A DNA stretch of 62,173 nt, filler included, from Dirinaria sp. TL-2023a (lineage: Eukaryota), in assembly GCA_051941275.1 (NCBI GenBank). It is 9 parts of 9 records of this genome, joined end to end, with 100 filler letters (N's around TTAATTAATTAA, not from the genome) between each part and the next. Parts side by side here need not be neighbours in the genome. Positions count along the whole stretch, not along the records: positions 34,637 to 41,456 come from JAVEBF010001413.1; positions 41,557 to 48,365 come from JAVEBF010001414.1; positions 48,466 to 55,270 come from JAVEBF010001415.1; 6 more parts are not named here. One strand, written 5' to 3'. The notes under the pieces are model-generated. The model was not told the origin of the DNA. It saw only the letters and a list, made by a program, of their open reading frames with translations, and searched no databases. Positions 35,982 to 48,878 of this stretch are shown here, piece by piece. How positions within the stretch are numbered: the first letter of the stretch is position 1; each line of letters starts with the position of its first letter. Position numbers and translations under genes: made by a program.

Positions 35982-37927
35982 CTCGGGCATCAACTTCTTG
36001 GCACTGAAAGAAAAGAATTGGAAATCTGGCCCCAGCTCATTGAGCAGTCTCTCTCTCCCAGGATAGCCGATTTTATCGAGTCAGCTGGGTGAGCAAGACT
36101 GGTTTGAAAACGCATCAGAGGGATCAGCGATTCAAAAAGGGTGAGTAAGCTCCCTTCAACTCTTGAACTCTGTCTCGGTTTTCCAGCTTTTCAATATTGA
36201 AGAATGAAAAGCCAGAAGTCATACTTAGTCGCTGAAAGAGCGGCGGTTACAGTCGTTATCTGCGGCGGTGATACAATTTAATTTTCAGAGTGGGAAAGGT
36301 CAGGTGATGCTATTCATGCAGCGGGCGTGGAAAGTGGTCTAAGCGGTTTTCAAGCTTCGTCCGAGATAGCGGCAAGGATTTCATAATGAGGTACGTGGAT
36401 ACTAATTACATTACAACAAGCCTTGAGATCTCGTCTCTTTTACTCTGCATACCCATTCATAACTTTATGACGGTATTAGGAGAAGTCGAGATCTTTAATA
36501 TCAGTACAGATCTTCTTTTAGCAGGTTTTGAGATAGGAGCCTTTCGGAAATTCCATTTCCAGGCTGCACATTTGGTGCATGTATAACTCATGCAATCTTG
36601 GTGCTCCTATTTTCATGCGTTTTGAACTTGTTACACCTACCTCAGCCCAAATATGCTGTTTCAATCAACCAAGGAGGCGCGGTATCTCTTGAGAATCGTA
36701 TCTGCACTTAAATGATGGTATGGACACCGTGTTGATACCGTATTGATACGATTAATGAGGATTTCTACGGCGTGAATACTGGTACTTAGGAGGTACCATG
36801 CCTTCTTGGTCTCCTCGAATTGCGTATTTCCGCTAAGGCATTGATTGTCAGGGTTAGGGTTATATCTTTGGTTTTTTCACACAATCATCCTTTTGGATTT
36901 TTTGAACGAACCTGACTATACATTGGATCAAGCTAAGATAATGGTAGGTTTCATTGATTGTTAGATTACAATCTGACAGCTAGAAAGCACGGGGATAAGG
37001 CTTTCTTATTATATGAAGGTCTTATTGCCCTTGAGTGGTCATACTCGCCGATTACAAGGCGGCACCTGCCAAATACTAGTGAAAGAAGTGAACGTGGCAT
37101 GCTTGCTTGCTGTCGAATGGTGCTTGCTAGAATTAATTTAACGGCAGAACGAGGGATATCCCGCCATGATGTCCCGCGTCAGCGATGTTAGAGGCCAAAT
37201 GAATACTCGGCGCTTACGGAGGTACTCAACTTGGAGTTGTGGGCCCCTGAATCTGGCGGCTGAGCAGCGCTAGCTCATATTGGTCAACGTATATCAACCT
37301 ACATTCGCCAAGTATCATTGTTACAGTGCTCGTGCTGTTCTCGGAGTAATCACCAATGAGATTTAGGATCTCACACGCATTTCAGCGCGTCTCGGCGATG
37401 CTGAGATGTAAGGTAGTACGCAAGTATATTGTACATTTCTAGGTTGTCGTCCCTCATAATTGACAAAACACATCATGGACAACAATTCATTTTCAAGCGT
37501 TCTTATGATTGCCGACTATTTCATGCCGTGTCATGGTGTATCAAGGGAGACTTCTGAGCTGCCACCGAAGTTATGTCTGCCTTTTGAAGTGCACCACTTG
37601 TGCCCTCCAATCGGATATACATATAAAACACGAATGACACCGGCGACTGATGCCTACAACAGCTCAGCGAATAGGTGCTGCACACGCCACGCAGCCTAGA
37701 CTTTCAATACAAGGCTGTGAAAGGCGTTGGTATGTGTTTCTAAAGATGATTTAAGGGTACACAGAGCCCTCGATTTCTTACTTATTTTTGCTTCCTCGCC
37801 CCTAAACCAACATCGATGCTTGCAGCAGTCAGTTGAACGTCACTTTCTTTACATTTTCGTGATAGCTTTACATTTTCTTGATATTTGGCCTGGTACTGTT
37901 TTGCGTGGTGTGAAACGCCTCTTGCGC

Positions 37928-38911
37928 ATGGCGATCCTTTACACAATTTTGTCTCTTGTTTCCGCTGCTACAGCTTTTTGCTACTTTCCCAGCGGAGACC
38001 GCTCCTATGACGACATCGCGTGTGAGCCGAGTGCAGCTGTCAGTGTTTGTTGCGGCCCTGGATGGGTGTGTTTATCGATTGGGGTCTGTCAAAAAAGAAA
38101 TAGTACTAATGATCTTATCTACGGACGCGGCTCCTGCACCGATTCCAGTTGGAGCTCAGCTTCATGCCCTAGGTTTTGTGTTAAGGGTAAGAGAAATACG
38201 CAGTCCTAGTTCCGAGACAAGGCTAAATGACTAGCAGATAGTCTGACACACGGTCCTGCAATGTTCCAATGTGGATCCGTTAACGACTGGTGCTGCAATA
38301 TTGACAACCAATGCTGTGACCGAGAAATCTTTTCTTTGCCTCAAGCGGAAGCAGAGACCACAATCCAATTCACATTAAGCTATCCGTCAGGCCGAAGTAA
38401 GATTACAACCTTCGAAGCTTCAAAGGCAGAAGCTACAGTTAGATTGTCACTGAGCTATCCATCAGGTCCAAACCCAATTTCACAAGCGACAAATAGTAGC
38501 GCAGAGCCTAGTATATCATCTTTCACGACGGATACTCCGGCGACACAAACTCAACGTCCCACAGCCGTCACGTCCATAGCTCGTACAAGCTCCGCCGTCG
38601 CGGAGTTTGCCCACAAAAAGGCTTCGAACGACATCGCTCTGAAGGCCGGTGCTGGCGTGGGAATCCCCCTTGGCATTGCAGTCGTTTGTGCAATGGCATA
38701 CGTCATCTACCTACAATGGAAACCTTTCCAAAGCAAATTCAACGATCCTGCTAGGACTAATCGTGGCGAGGGAGAAATAGACCATCCGTCACCCCAATTA
38801 TTTCGAGCACCGGAAGTCGGGTATCAGCCGTCAGAACTGCCTGCGGTCCGTGAACGTGTGGAGCTTTCGGACCGAGGCACATCTCAGCTACATAACGATC
38901 CTGCCGAGTGA
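37928..38911 (+). CDS. Type I membrane protein: Cys-rich ectodomain, Ser/Thr stalk, single TM helix (Mid2-like sensor class); intron 38187-38237
   Basis: Signal peptide; CYFPSG...C...CC...C.S.G.C...RGSCTDSSW...CP.FC; WCC...CC; TM GAGVGIPLGIAVVCAMAYVIYL; EL motifs in the tail. Confidence 0.85.
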
Positions 38912-41456
38912 AGATAGGGATTAGGGCAACGCATGTGCTACGTCCGTCATGTTGACCTCTCGATAAGTGGACTTCACATGCTTCAGTCACTCCTGTCATA
39001 CATTTGGCACATTGGCTTCCCTGGATGTTTGATCCAGTCATATGTATTCAAGACATAACATTAATAGCGTGGATGTCGCTCAACAGTAGCTCTCAAGGGC
39101 CTGAACGCGGAGAGCGTGGCTGATCAAGTGTACCTTAGTGATCGATATTCAAAGCCCGATTAGGCCAACATTGTATTTCGGCAACCATTACCGCCGCCAC
39201 CACCACCCTAATTTGCTGACACACACCACGTTCACTTTTGCTGGCCACGCCGCTCTCCCCACTTGTTGTTTTTCATCTATCAATGCCCCTCTTAAAAAAT
39301 ATTTTTTCTAATACCTTCTTCAACCTGCTTTAACACGATTTACCTATTTAACCATGGCACGTTTCGTGGTGAAATCAGTTCATCGTCATCTCGTGGAAAT
39401 CATCGTTGCTTGAAACTCACCACTCTGTCAGAGCAAGAGAGATCGATAGATCTTAAGCCCGAGACATCAAAGAGATCGGATGCATTATCACCCGAGAATG
39501 AGTAGTAGTTTCGTGGGGAAGGGTGGTGTGCCAGTAAAGTAAAGTGATGTGACGACAATGAAATTTTTTATTTTTGGATATTCCCAATTAACAGGGCAGC
39601 AAGTTGCGAATAGCAATGAGAACCGCTCATTCAGCTTCGCAATTCATATCATATCCGATTATGACCGTTAAGACCTGATCAATCCTTCATACGATTGTTT
39701 CAATGACTTCTTCATACGAGGCAAAGGTAAGACTGACAATACATATCACAATCAACAGCAGTACCACCGCAACTTGTCCAGCGTCCAGCTCTCTCCGTCT
39801 CTACTGCAGCACGCGTCCGTGGTCCTTTCATCTGAACATCAAGTGCCTTCGTCCTAGATATTCCCCCCCTCATAGTTCTTCATTTAGCTTCCGCATCGTT
39901 CTCAAGAATCTTTTCATGCAGAAATCGTCGCTGCTTTTTTTCTCGGGACACGCGTGCCAGGAACAGGAGTCAGGAAGCTTCATTCGCTGCACCATGAGAC
40001 AGATCTATGACTCTCTTCATTCACTAACCTCCGCCTTTCCCCCCCGACTCCATTTCTTAATCAGGGCACCCGCGTGTGTTCATCGGAAAATTTCCTTCCC
40101 ACATTACCGTTCCTTGAAATGCATAGGGTTATATTCTCGTGCCTGGTTCTTAAAAAAAAGTTCTCTAATCAGTCGTCCGTCTTTCATCGTAGCATGAATC
40201 TCAATATCATGAGGATGTCTGCCTAAAGGGGACATATAAATTCGTCGATTGGCTAGGTAGACAGATATACTTGTTCTGTTCGGCGGGATTCAAGCCGAAC
40301 CAGTTCTGAATTTTTCAAAACTCCGCTTGATTCAACTCCCCCTCCTTCCTTTTTTTTTTTTTTTTTTCTTCTCCTTTTTGTTTCCGCTTTTTACTGTTTG
40401 TGACTGCTTGCGAAAGAAAGAGCCGAGTGCGTGCGGCTTTCGTTTTTCTTTTATTCCGGAGCATTAAATGTAATTGACTTTTAAGCATGGAGATCGGAAT
40501 TGGGAGAAAGTAAGGGGAGGGGGTAAAAAAAGATTGGATATGAAGCGCTGTAATCGAGGGTTTTTTGAATAGAATTCATTCCTACTCTCTTCTCTATGAG
40601 GTACATATTCAGATCTCAAAAGAACCCCCACCTCACCTCAAAAGAGAAAATAATCGCACCGAGCTCCAACATTTTCGAGCTTGCATATACATCGCATATT
40701 TCACATTCCTAAATTTCAGACTTCAAAAAACCTTAATTTAACCCCCTATCCTCCTACCTCAAAGCTCAAATTAACAAAACAAAATATTCAGAAACGGGAC
40801 AATCAGTCTGTGATGAACAATCTAATATACCCTTTTTCCGTTTTTCGAGGTTTGACTACTCTTTTCATTTACAGCCAAGCACGCACCCCCTTTTTGTTTT
40901 TAAGCGAGTCAGCTGAGTGACCACCCGGGCCGGGAGAGGGGAGGGGGAAACTTGGGATGAACTGCATCTGAGATCGAGAATGAATAACGTTTATTCTTCA
41001 TTTTTTTCATGAGTGAAGATTCATTAAACGCTGGAGGAAGGCTCCATCATAAACCCCAACAAAAAAAAAAAGCTTATTCCCATCCTTTCAAGCTACTTAA
41101 TTCTTTCTCCAAATCAGTCAGTAATCGACCGAAATCCATCGCAGACTCAGTCTTTCTCTTTTTTAGTTTTTGATATAAGGAGATATTCAAGTGCAGAGCG
41201 AAAAATATTATTTATAACAATAGATGAGCAATTATTTTTAACTTAAGGAGAGGAAGAAGAAGAAATTCGAGGAGAGGTTGCATTGAAAACGGGATTGCTA
41301 GGAGGCTGGATATGTATGAATAGCACGTATAGAATCGGTTCCTAGACCCTCTCTTTTCTCACTCAATTTCGTTTGGTATACTGTCATACTATGAAAAAAA
41401 AAAAAAAAAAAAAAAAGGGAAAAGGGGGTTCAAGTCCTTCCACACCACCCCTTCCC

Positions 41457-41556
41457 NNNNNNNNNNNNNNNNNNNNNNNNNNNNNNNNNNNNNNNNNNNN
41501 TTAATTAATTAANNNNNNNNNNNNNNNNNNNNNNNNNNNNNNNNNNNNNNNNNNNN
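41457..41556. other. Artificial contig linker
   Basis: N44-TTAATTAATTAA-N44. Confidence 0.99.
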
Positions 41557-43680
41557 GACTTGCATGGAGGCGACGTCAGGCAAGAAAAAACGCATCAGAG
41601 CTTCGAAGGTGTGGCTTTCGAATCAAGAAACAGGCGGGCGGGGGGGCTGGTGGAACCTCAAGCTTTTCTCCGGCCCAGCGCAAATGGGCAAATGAGCAAA
41701 TGAGCATATGAGGCATTGCGTCAACACGACAGGGTTCTGCGACTGCAGGGAAAGATCTCTGGGCCAATGACGAGGTCGCTGGTCGTGGCTAATGCATTCG
41801 AGATCGCCGATGCAAAAGCCTGAAAAGGGGATCGAGCTATCGCTGCAGTGCATGCTTGGTGTTAAAGAAGGAACCAATGAGCGAAGAGCAGTAGTCTGGA
41901 GTGTGTCTTCACAGGCTCACACAACACCAAATTGGCCCTCCAAGTTTGCGATAGGGCAGTCAACCGACATGCGGGTGTTGTGCGCGTGTCGCTGCTGGCC
42001 CGCCCGTGGCTTTGGACTCTTTGCAGGTGTCAAAGATCCTGCTTCTGCATGAGCAAAGAAAATGAGAGTGTCGTGAAGATCATCCTCATCATCATCATCA
42101 TGATGTTCTAGACCACATCACACCACTGGAAACACGTGCTGTGTTGCTGTCGTCCGTGGACCGAGGGAGGATGTATGCGCCACAGCGAAGGTACCAGTCA
42201 CTACTCTGAGAGGAGAAAAACCTGTTTTGAGCGTGTGTGAGCGGGAGCAGCCACAGGGGGTTTCATCGGGAAGCTTTAGCAGTTAGCACCTACCTTACTA
42301 AGGTACCTGGTGGCTTTTTGGAACGCGGAAAGTCTATGTACTTAAGGTAGGTAGCTAAGCTACCTTACCTTACCTAAGATAGTCGCTTTCATGAAAAGGG
42401 CCATGGACCCTCAGCAACATGGATGAACACAGAATCCGTGGCGCATACAAGAGTGTTGTTGCTTGCTGGATGGATGGAATCCTTGGGATTCGAGCATGAG
42501 TTTCGTCGCTGTTACAGTAGTGTTACTTTAAGGTTACCTTACTTCCAAGTACAAGGCGACTTTGGCCGAGAAGACCCTCGTCGAATTTTCTCATCCCTTT
42601 TTCAACAATTCCCTTTGAAATTGTTGTCACTGTTTTATATCGTCCCGTGCTGAATCGATGATAATCGGAGCATGGTGTGGCCTAATTTTTATCTCGGATC
42701 GTAGCCCGAAAAAAGAAAAAGGAAAAAGAAAGGAAGCAATCGAGGAACTCAAATCATCCCGTCCTAAATCTGAGAAAACCCTGAAATAGCCCTTGATTTG
42801 ATACCAATGAACTCCCTTTTGGTACTGAGGACTATGAGGTCGAAAAGCTTTCCAAGGGTGGGCTTCTGTCTAGGTGTGACCAGATTGCAATTTACATAAC
42901 TGGAGAAGGGATTCGAAGAGTTTTCTTGAAATGGAAAAAAAGCCCTACAACGCGGAAGCATTGACGTGTTTTTCTGGCTTGCAGGACTAGTATCGTTAGA
43001 TACGGTAGATTGAGGCTCTGGGATAACTTTTCCCCTTTGTTTTCTGGGCTATGTGTTCTGTCTCTGGTTTTGGTGAAATGAAGAGTAGAGGGCGTTTTAA
43101 AGGATAGGTGGGTGATTGACGAATTTTTTAATTCATATAATTTTCTTTTCATGCTTTACAGATCGGGAGGAAGTTGGTTTTTGTGGCATGTATAGCAGCA
43201 AGTGGAGATGCGTAGGGATTCAAGGGAGAGAAGGCCAGGTCTTGCAAATCTTTCTATAGTCTACACATATGCGTTGAAAAAAAAAAACGCCTTGATGTTT
43301 ATATTCTCCTTCATCAATTCAGCGTGAGTCAACCGTATATTCAATGCTACCGCTTTTTGCATTCTATATGCTTGAAGCGTGGACTATACTCGCATTCGAT
43401 AAGACATGACGATAATTTCTCTTCGCTTAGACATAAGCTGATGCTGAGCCGAGCTCGTGAGGTCTCGCCGATGAAAATGTAGAGCAGTGGTGGGCAAATG
43501 TATGATCAAAATTTCGATTTATCTGCGAAGCGATCTTCGGCTGAAAATTTAATGTAGATGTAACCTCGTTCGCTTCACCGTCAAATGTAATACGTAGAGA
43601 ACTTGGAGATACTAACTATATTCCACCGCCTGCGGTGACTCTTTGTGCGACATGTGAGCTCGGACACTTGCACAGTGTTG

Positions 43681-45560
43681 TCAACCAACATTAATCGTTG
43701 TGTATCTTTTCAACAGCTCGTCGATGATCTGCTGCGATTCCAAACTCAGAGGATGAACCTGTTCTGATTCACCGGGTAAAACTTCAGAAGCCCCATCTGC
43801 TCCTTCAGCATCCTCTGCTCCTTCTTCAGCATTTTCATCTAATGCAGCATAGCTAGAGGTTCGTAAAGGCTGCTCCGGCATGAGGGGTCGTTGTACTAGA
43901 GGTTCTTCCACTCTGATGATCTCTTGTGATGACATGTAATCATGATCATAGCGATGAGGAATTTCATATGGTACGGGAGGAGGGTGATGGAATTGTCGGC
44001 CGTATGCCATCTGCGGATGCGCACTCGATGTTCCGTGAGGAACGAGAACCCAGCGATCTCCTCTACGGGGAAACGCCGTAGAATAAGGATGAACCAGTCG
44101 GCTAGCAAGTCTTTGAACCTTCGAAACCGCCGTATTGCGATGACCGATCGGGCTGTCCCGGCGGTCCGAGGGGCTGATGGCGTGTAATTGCTTTAGCCAA
44201 AAGTCTGCATCCACCGCTCTCGTGGGTATCTGAACCTCCGTAAGTAAATATACACAACGCCACGGTATCGAAATGTTTGGTTCAGTAGGCGTTCGAATTT
44301 TCTTGAACCCTAGGCCTAAAATGGCGAGGTTACGATTGGATTCGCTGGTGGACTTATACTCATCGAGATGGTGATTGATGGATTCACGTTCCGCCGAGGT
44401 CAACTCCATATAACGCGATACAAAGTCTTTTTTCCTCCACCGGTACAGATTACGGAGCTGCTTTTCTAATTGCTTCTTATGTAACAGAACGATAGAGAAT
44501 TTCCAACGGAGGTTGTAGCCAGGCTCGCTCGACGAGGCAGAGACTTCTGGCATGAAGATGAGCGTTTGCCCAAGCCTCTCTCCATTGATAGCTGCCGAAG
44601 GTGTTATTGAATTTTGAGAGGAGCTTGCTCGGCTGGGTTGGTGGACGTGTGATGTCTGTGGATTTTCATCTCGGTCTCGTACTAGCTCTGGTGTAGACTC
44701 TCCTTTCTTTATGGAATGGGTGGCGGGTTGGATTGGCGAGACAGTCTGGATAGGAGCGGTATTAACAGGTTTGACAGACCTTTTAAATTCATGAGCAACG
44801 ACCACGTCGTCGCCTGAATTGCTGCTCAACCGATCTCCATTATTGTTACCCTTCTCCGTTTGCACTTTATGTTGCATGTAAACGATAGAACCCATGATTT
44901 CCCCTTGTTCTTCTAGGGAGAGAACTGGCGGCTGATTGCTGCACCCACTCATTAGAATCCAGGCAGTCTAGGATCGTACGAGGTTAAGCGCTAATGAAGG
45001 CAGGAGCCAGCGAAAGTAAAATTTTCCCGTTCTCGTGCACTGCAATGTACGTGGACTTACAGTTCTGCAAGCTTTCTTGAATATGCCAACGTTGTCACCT
45101 GCAAAATAAGCATCAAAGTCTCTCTGGCATCTCTGAGCGCGGTCCGTAGCGCAACGATATTTGACTGCAGAAAAGGCCACTTCAGAGCCTCGTACTTTGT
45201 CAGGATGACTTTGTCCCCCAGCGCGGCCGCCCGGCCATTTTCATGTCGTAATTGCCTGCTAGCTTTCCGCAAGGCTTCTTCTAGGTCTCCAAAGACTCGT
45301 TTGCAAGCGTCTGCAGAAGCCTCGGTGCTCTTCAAACCTTCCTCACTAAAGATGTCGAGGGCTTTATGACCAGCGCGCTTGTTCATCAGCTCGCTCAATT
45401 GTTGAAGAACATTAGATGTTAAAGATACATCGCTGCCAATGGAACGTATACGATCTGATGCGGTGCCGACCTGATTGGCGAAAGCGATGAGCTTAATGGA
45501 GATCTGAACGCCCGCGCCTGCGATCGCAAGGATGGAGGCGGCAGCACTAACGCCATCCAT
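43681..45560 (-). CDS. Protein with a HeLo-like fungal STAND N-terminal domain but no NTPase; exons 45560-45061 and 44938-43681
   Basis: MDGVSAAASILAIAGAG...LKWPFL...LMLILQV; GTAAGT...CTAAT...CAG intron in phase. Confidence 0.82.
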
Positions 45561-46055
45561 TTACTGGGATACTGGGAAAAGAAACGGGGATAAAGGAGAT
45601 TGGAAGGCTAATGATGCCAGTTTATGACGGTAAAGCTCGACAAAGTAAACTACGGAAGTAGGTCAAGCTTCCGTAACGAGGCTCCGATGGGGAGAACAGA
45701 GCCAACAGTGACTAATGCGAAGTCAGTTACGCATTAGACTGACCTACTGGCAAATGGAAGAGACGCGTCTAGATGAGGATGAGAAGAATTCTTGGGGGGA
45801 GGGGGGAGGACAGAGAGCTCCGACGAGGCTCCGACGAGCCTCAGCCTTATGGTGGTTGCCAGGTTGGATGTCATCGCTGATCTCGGTAGTGCATGCAGAC
45901 AGTTGCAGAAAGCAAGCGGGAATGACAGCGCTCGTTGCACACTGCGTGTCATCTATAAGTTTCAAGCAGATAGTCGAACGGTTGAAAGTTATTCTCTTAT
46001 CTTTCGTTATTTTGAAGCTCTCTTGTTGGTGCTGCCAACACCCCCTAACCCCAGC

Positions 46056-46087
<32 letters not shown>

Positions 46088-47147
46088 TAATAGGACTTTT
46101 TCTTGGATGAAGCTGGGGTGGAGGGTTGCACTGCACCGGGAGGTGTACCATCTCCGACTGTAAAGGTAATTCAAGACCAGATACTGGTCGATGGAAGACA
46201 ACTTTACACTTATTATTATTTGATACAAGGATTTTCAGAGGGTCTTTGCTTTCTTGGCAATCTCGGTCAAACACATGACGCAACCCTAACCCTCGGCGTT
46301 GGTGCCACAGTCTGCCACTACTCCAGCAATTCACTGCCGACACGACGGGACCGAGTGAACAGAAATACACAAGACAAGGTGCCTCCAGAGGACACCGCAA
46401 GCCATTGGTGCTTTCAGGCTTGGACTGATGGATGGAGTTGCCCCACGTCAAAAAGCCCGTTGTCTTGCATTATCTTTTTCGAGGTACTCCCTGTATGCTT
46501 CAACCGTTTCCCGCACACTGTCCACCTAAGATTTCCAGAATACCATAGTAAACAGCTCCGTAACACTCTACTGGAAAGGCGAACATACGATGCATTTCGG
46601 TTTTTGATTGATTGATTGCGGTGGTTTACACGAAGTTTCTCTTTTCAAAACTCGAAAGATCTCGTCAGATTCTACACTCTTTGTGGAATTTATATTTTTC
46701 AATTCAATGTTTGATTCGACGCTGAACTTGACCTTACCAAGCTGATGAGGCACTCCTTTGTTGATCTCCGCAGACCTTCGAGTACGATGTAGGCTCAGCA
46801 GCTTATCATAAGCTCATCATAGCAGGCTGGTCAGAATTTCCAGGTGGTGAGTGTAGGAAAGTCCCGTTCTTCAAATATTCCTTCACTCTCTTCTCCTTCT
46901 CATGTAGGCGATATCGCCATATGCCTCAAAACCTTTGTCTCTTCTCGACGAAATATTGCAACAAATGTTCAAAGCGTCAGAGCATATAAATCCCAATGCA
47001 GTCGTCTGCATGATAAGTCAATCGCTCGTACGTCATAATGACTTAATCACCTTTCGTCCGACACCATAGCTTTACTGCGATCCTAGAAAGAGCATTTCGA
47101 GCATACAGAACTTCGAATTTGGGTGATTCGGCTTCGAGGAAACCAGA

Positions 47148-48137
47148 ATGGCCCCCCAACCTGAACCAAGCATCCGCAATCGCCAGATCTGGCTCGAGAA
47201 ATCCGACCCAGAGGTCCGCCTTTACTACACTGAGGCCCTACCCCCTCCAAGCACCTCTTTGAAAGGATACATCCTCCTCATCCACGGCTTTCCCGAAACC
47301 TCCTACCAATTCCGCCATGTCATTTCGCCTCTTGCTCTGGCCGGCTACCACATCATTGCTCCCGACTACCGCGGCGCCGGCTACAGCTCGAAGCCTCCGT
47401 CAGGATACACCAAGAAACAGCTCTCAACAGATCTATACCAACTGGTCACACAGCACCTCGGCATCAAAGACCCTGTCCATCTCGTAGGCCATGACATCGG
47501 CGGCATGATCACCCACGCCTACTGCGCCCAGTACCCTTCATCAGTAGCGAGTGTTATCTGGGGCGAATGCCCTTTACCGGGTAGCACCGTGTATGAAGAA
47601 ACGAAACACAGCCGCACGCTCTGGCACTTTGATTTCCACTCCACGCCGGAGATCTCGCTTGCGCTCGTCGCCGGCAAGGAGAAGTTGTACATCAAACACT
47701 TCTATGACCGGCTTGCGCAGAACGCAGCCTGTTTCTCGAACGACGATGTCGAGTTCTATGCGAGCCAGTATAGTGCCCCTGGCGCAATGAGAGCGGGGTT
47801 CTCGACTTATGCCGCTTTCGAAGAGGATGCGGAGGATAATCGGCAGTGGTTGAAGGAGGGGAAGGTTAAGTGTAGGAGTTTAGTGTTGAGTGGACAAGGG
47901 AGTTTCATCGCCGTTGCGGCCGAGGGCATGGCAGGAGATTTTTATGAGGATATGAAAGTGGAGACGGTGGAGGGGTCGGGGCATTGGTAGGTCCTGTTTT
48001 ATAATTCGTACCCCCTCTTCATTACGTTATGTTGAAAAGGCTGCGGAAAGTAATGCTGATAAACGTTCTTCAATAGGATCGCAGAGGAAGAGCCCGAAAG
48101 ATTCGTAAAGCAGGTACTAGGCTTCATAGACAGTTGA
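47148..48137 (+). CDS. Alpha/beta hydrolase, epoxide hydrolase / haloacetate dehalogenase-like; intron 47987-48076
   Basis: LIHGFPE, APDYRGAGYS, GHDIGG nucleophile elbow, WHFDFH, SGHWIAEEEP. Confidence 0.92.
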
Positions 48138-48365
48138 ATATCTAACCTTCAGCTCTTTTTCTCTAAGAAAAAAAAAAGTTTATAGACTCACCAGAAGGAC
48201 CAAGTACCCACATAAAAAGTGCAGAAATTACACACACACACACACCAAAAAATAAAAAATTTAGCAAAAAACCACCCATCAACCAAGAATCTTCTTTCCA
48301 AGTTCCAAATAACACCACCCAAAAACGAACCGCGAAAAAAATCCTACCACTGACGCTCCCTCCCC

Positions 48366-48465
48366 NNNNNNNNNNNNNNNNNNNNNNNNNNNNNNNNNNN
48401 NNNNNNNNNTTAATTAATTAANNNNNNNNNNNNNNNNNNNNNNNNNNNNNNNNNNNNNNNNNNNN
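48366..48465. other. Artificial contig linker
   Basis: N44-TTAATTAATTAA-N44. Confidence 0.99.
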
Positions 48466-48878
48466 TTTGATGAGCCACCTGGATAGACCGGCATTAGTCA
48501 GGCTTCGCTCTTGTGGCCTTCCATCCAACGCCAACGAGGATCGCCAAAAAGACAAGTCAGCGGACGAGGACAGTTGACCGGGAAACATACCCTTCCTGTC
48601 CGCCTCGGCAGTTATCTTCTTCCACTTCGCTTCCCAGTCGTGAAGGTATGCGGCCATGCCGCCGGGGCCTTTGGGGTAGGCATCACGGTCGCTAATGCTA
48701 CGACCGCCTTCTTTGTTACCTTCGCGAAGGTAGCGTTCGATGGTGGGAGGGTGTTCCGGTTGCTTGCCGTTTGATGTCTTGGGTTGCGAAGTATCCACGA
48801 CCTTCTTGTTGTTGGAGCCGCTGATGTAAGGTCAGTGAGAGGATGTAGTACGAGGAGAGGAGTAGGTACTCACGGCAT
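48466..48878 (-). CDS. Small hypothetical protein, paralog A; exons 48878-48874, 48820-48591, 48478 to contig edge
   Basis: ATGCC/GTGAGT micro-exon, CTGAC...CAG acceptor, second intron GTATGT...CTAAT...CAG; homologous to 51849-52228. Confidence 0.7.

Noticed and set aside
39700..40200. 164-aa ORF on the plus strand
   Set aside because: No recognisable motif or splice context; probably spurious
41679..42102. GCAAATGA x4 and (CAT)n repeats
   Set aside because: Ordinary microsatellites
45715..46615. Overlapping ORFs of 96-235 aa
   Set aside because: Most run through the poly-T tract, giving poly-F or poly-K, and none has a domain; they lie in a divergent promoter region
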